Positions 60,982 to 64,000 of a stretch of 64,000 nucleotides of DNA are shown here, one piece after another. This DNA is from Longimicrobiales bacterium (GTDB lineage: Bacteria; Gemmatimonadota; Gemmatimonadetes; Longimicrobiales; Gaopeijiaceae). How positions within the stretch are numbered: position 1 is the stretch's first letter; every line of letters starts with the position of its first letter. The position numbers and the translations under genes are program-made. The notes under the pieces were generated by a model. It had not been told where the DNA came from, did no database searches, and worked only from the letters and a program-made list of their open reading frames with translations. The stretch is from NCBI GenBank assembly GCA_965202985.1, contig CBDBCF010000001.1:2048001-2112000 (forward strand). The letters are read 5' to 3'.

Positions 60982-61854
60982 GTGGACGTCTTCGTGCAGC
61001 TGACCGTCTCGGGGCTGGCGACGGGCATGGTCTACGCCTTGGCCGCCGCCGGGTTCGTCGTGGTGTACAAGGCCAGCGACGTGATCAACTTCGCGCAGGG
61101 CGAGCTGCTGTTGCTGGGCACGTACCTGGTGTTCTTCACCGTCGTCCAAGCGGGCTTGCCGTGGAGCTTGGGCGTGCTTGCAACGGTGCTGCTGGCCGTG
61201 GCGACGGGCTTGGCGGTGGAGCGGCTGGTGTTGCGCCCGCTGGTGGGCGAGCCGGTGATCTCCATGGTCATGGCGACGATCGGCCTGTCCAGCGTGCTGC
61301 GGGCGCTGGTGAACGCGATCTGGGGTCCCAGTCCCCGGTCCTTCGAGCCGTTCCTGTCCATGGGCGCCGTGGTCGTCGGCCCGGCTTCGGTGCCGACCGA
61401 GCGTCTGCTGTCGATCCCGATTGCGTTGGCGGTGCTGGCGGGCCTGGGGTTCTTCTTTCGACGCGCCCGCGACGGCATCGCCATGCGCGCCATCGCCGAC
61501 GACCAGCAGGCGGCCCTCAGCATGGGGATCAGCGTGCTGCGGGTGGTGGGCGTGGCGTGGGCGCTGGCGGCGGCGTCCGCGGCGATCGGCGGCGTCATGC
61601 TGGCCAACGTGGTGGGCGTGAGCCCCAACGTGGCGGCGATCGGGCTGCGCGTGTTCCCCGTCGTCGTGCTGGGCGGGCTGGACTCGATCGGCGGAGCGGT
61701 CGTGGGCGGCGCGGCGATCGGGCTCTTGGAGGCGTACGCGGGCGGCTATCTGGGCCACGGCCTCAATCTGGTGGCGCCGTACCTGGTGCTGGTGGCCGTG
61801 CTGATGGTTCGCCCCTACGGCCTCTTCGGGAAGGAGATCATCGAGCGCGTATGA
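60982..61854 (+). CDS. LivH-like ABC permease
   Basis: INFAQGE, GIAMRA, VLGGLDS, RPYGLFG. Confidence 0.92.
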   Translation: MDVFVQLTVSGLATGMVYALAAAGFVVVYKASDVINFAQGELLLLGTYLVFFTVVQAGLPWSLGVLATVLLAVATGLAVERLVLRPLVGEPVISMVMATIGLSSVLRALVNAIWGPSPRSFEPFLSMGAVVVGPASVPTERLLSIPIALAVLAGLGFFFRRARDGIAMRAIADDQQAALSMGISVLRVVGVAWALAAASAAIGGVMLANVVGVSPNVAAIGLRVFPVVVLGGLDSIGGAVVGGAAIGLLEAYAGGYLGHGLNLVAPYLVLVAVLMVRPYGLFGKEIIERV

Positions 61855-62924
61855 GCTTGGAGTGCGGCGTCTTCCACACGCGCTACGCGTCGGCGATGGG
61901 CCTGCGCCCCCGTCCAGCGGAGCGGATTCGCCTGGGGGCGTTCGCAGCGGCGGTGGTGGCGTTCCCGTTCTTCGCCGGCCCCTACGCGCTGGACTTGGCC
62001 AACCAAGTGGCGATCGCCACGGTGGGTGCCGTCGGTCTGAACATCTTGGTGGGGTACACGGGGCAGATCTCCCTGGGGCAAGGGGCGTTCATGGCCGTGG
62101 GCGCCTACGGCTCGGCGCTGCTGACGCTGGAGGCGGGCCTGCCCTGGGGCGCTTCCATTCCCCTGGCGTGCTTGACGGCGGCGGCCGCGGGCGCCTTCTT
62201 CGGCCTGCCGTCTCTTCGGCTCAAGGGGCTGTACTTGGCCGTGGCCACGCTGGCGGCCCAGGAGATCGCCGAGTGGACGGTCACGCACTGGACCGCGCTC
62301 ACCGGCGGCACCGAAGCCGTGGTGGCCCCCGCGCCCCGGCTCTTCGGACGACGCCTGAACGACCCGTTCGCCTTCTACTGGGTGGGCGCGGCGGCTGCGG
62401 CGGGAACGGCCCTGTTCGCGGCGAACCTGTTCCGGAGCCGGGCGGGGCGCGCGTTCGTGGCGATCCGCGACCAGGACGTGGCCGCCGGCGTAATGGGCGT
62501 GAACGTGTTCCGCTGCAAGCTGGCGGCGTTCGCCACGTCTTCGTTCTTCGTGGGCTTGGCGGGGGCGCTGGTGGCGTACTACCGCAACATCGTCGCGTGG
62601 GAGCGCTTCACCTTGGAGACCAGCGTGATCTACCTGGCCATGATCATCGTGGGCGGCCTGGGCACGGTTCGGGGCTCGTTCTTCGGGGCCGCGCTGATCA
62701 CGCTGCTTCCGGCGGGCATCGCCAATGCGGGTCGCGCGCTGCAGGACGCCGCGCCGGAGCTGGCGGCTCGGTTGCCCTACGCGCAGCAAGCGGTGTTCGG
62801 ACTGGTCATCATTCTGTTCCTGGTGTTCGAGCCCAAGGGATTGTCGAAGCTGTGGTGCAACGCAAAGGACTATTTTCATGTCTGGCCCTTCGCGTACCGG
62901 CGCGGGGAAGACCGGGCGACTTGA
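61851..62924 (+). CDS. LivM-like ABC permease
   Basis: GYTGQISLGQGAF, LRLKGLYLAVATL, AIRD. Confidence 0.92.
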   Translation: MSLECGVFHTRYASAMGLRPRPAERIRLGAFAAAVVAFPFFAGPYALDLANQVAIATVGAVGLNILVGYTGQISLGQGAFMAVGAYGSALLTLEAGLPWGASIPLACLTAAAAGAFFGLPSLRLKGLYLAVATLAAQEIAEWTVTHWTALTGGTEAVVAPAPRLFGRRLNDPFAFYWVGAAAAAGTALFAANLFRSRAGRAFVAIRDQDVAAGVMGVNVFRCKLAAFATSSFFVGLAGALVAYYRNIVAWERFTLETSVIYLAMIIVGGLGTVRGSFFGAALITLLPAGIANAGRALQDAAPELAARLPYAQQAVFGLVIILFLVFEPKGLSKLWCNAKDYFHVWPFAYRRGEDRAT

Positions 62925-62934
62925 CGGAGACGAC

Positions 62935-64000
62935 ATGACGAGCAACAAGAAGACCGCGCGGGCGGAGGGCGGCCAAGCGATCGCCCGCATCCTGCCGGAG
63001 GGCATCGGGAGGACCGGGCGCGCGCGCCGGGGCGCAACGCCGAAGGCGATCGGGACCGCCGTGCTGGCGGCGTGGGCAGCGGCCGCTTGCGGGGACGGAC
63101 GATCCGGCGCCGGCGACGCGGACGATGTCGTCAAGGTGGGGGCCATCTTCGACTTGACGGGGCCGACGGCCGACGTGGGCACCGACTACGCGCGCGGCAT
63201 GACGGCCTACGTGGAGTGGGCCAACGCCCGGGGCGGCATCGAGGGCAGGCGGATCGACCTGATCTCCCAGGACTACGCCTACCGCGTGGACCGGGCGGAG
63301 CAGCTGTACCGCCAGTTCGTGAGCGAAGGCGTCGTGGTGTTCATGGGATGGGGGACGGGCGACACGGAAGCGCTGCACACGCGGGTCGCGGAAGACCAAG
63401 TCCCCTTCAGCTCCGCTTCGTTGTCGCACCGGCTGGGCGATCCGACGCAGGCTCCGTACAACTTTCTGGTCGCCACGTCGTACAGCGACCAGTTCCGGAT
63501 CGCGCTGGACTGGATCGCCCGCGACTGGGCGGCGCGGAGTCCGTCGGCGGAAGCCTTAGGCGACGACGGGCCGAAGGTGGCCCTGCTGCACAACGCAAGT
63601 CCATTCGGGTTGTCGCCGGCTCGCCAGGGAGGCGCCGACTACGCCCGCGAGCGGGGGATCGACTTGACCTTGTACGAGATGGCCCGCGCCGCCATGGACT
63701 ACACGGCGGAGTTTTCGCGCATCCGTCAAAGCGGCGCCCAGTACGTGGTGATCCAGAACACGTCGGGGCCGGCCGCGCTGGCGCTGCGGGACGCCCGCAG
63801 CCTGGGAATGGAGCAGACGTTCGTGTGCCTCAACTGGTGCGCGAACGCCCTGTTGGCGCGCTTGGCCGGCGAAGCGTCGGAAGGCGTCTTGGGCACGATC
63901 CCCTACGCCCCCTTGAGCGTGGACGCGCCCGGCACCCGCGTGATCCGCGAACACTTGGAAGCCGCCGGCGAGTCCGTGGAGGGCAGGACCAACGCCTTTA
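62935..64000 (+). CDS. ABC substrate-binding lipoprotein (Leu/Ile/Val-binding fold); runs off the right edge
   Basis: Manual translation: AAACGD lipobox, VKVGAIFDLTGPT, NARGGIEGRRI, FMGWGTG. Confidence 0.88.
   Translation, partial: MTSNKKTARAEGGQAIARILPEGIGRTGRARRGATPKAIGTAVLAAWAAAACGDGRSGAGDADDVVKVGAIFDLTGPTADVGTDYARGMTAYVEWANARGGIEGRRIDLISQDYAYRVDRAEQLYRQFVSEGVVVFMGWGTGDTEALHTRVAEDQVPFSSASLSHRLGDPTQAPYNFLVATSYSDQFRIALDWIARDWAARSPSAEALGDDGPKVALLHNASPFGLSPARQGGADYARERGIDLTLYEMARAAMDYTAEFSRIRQSGAQYVVIQNTSGPAALALRDARSLGMEQTFVCLNWCANALLARLAGEASEGVLGTIPYAPLSVDAPGTRVIREHLEAAGESVEGRTNAF

Overview
High-GC bacterial window; the many CGG-lipobox beta-propeller lipoproteins and general gene content suggest Gemmatimonadota or a similar lineage (inference). 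The left half (1-32 kb) is a defence-rich island. It holds a PLD-SNF2 helicase, a Dam-type MTase, a DUF5131/TcmP/SLOG operon behind a LexA-like box, a graspetide (ATP-grasp RiPP) operon with a 3-TM protein, a 1302-aa Type IIG-like MTase, Phd/VapC, an AAA_21 + DUF4276 pair, a MunI-like RM system, an HTH-MTase, an orphan HipA and a Type III RM system. These are interleaved with a probable copper operon and a decayed copy of the glnA(III)-lipoprotein locus that is intact at 33.8-38.8 kb. The right half holds an ECF-sigma/Cys-rich peptide/secreted-protein cluster sharing a repeated promoter motif, an IS1380 remnant, aconitase X, an M14 peptidase, thiC, an intact ISL3 with an 8-bp target duplication, VapBC and a fatty-acid-type ABC transporter/acyl-CoA ligase cluster. 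The best novel-system candidates are the graspetide + membrane-effector cassette, the SOS-boxed DUF5131-TcmP-SLOG operon and the ECF/Cys-rich peptide regulon. All family calls come from motif recognition by eye; no database searches were run.
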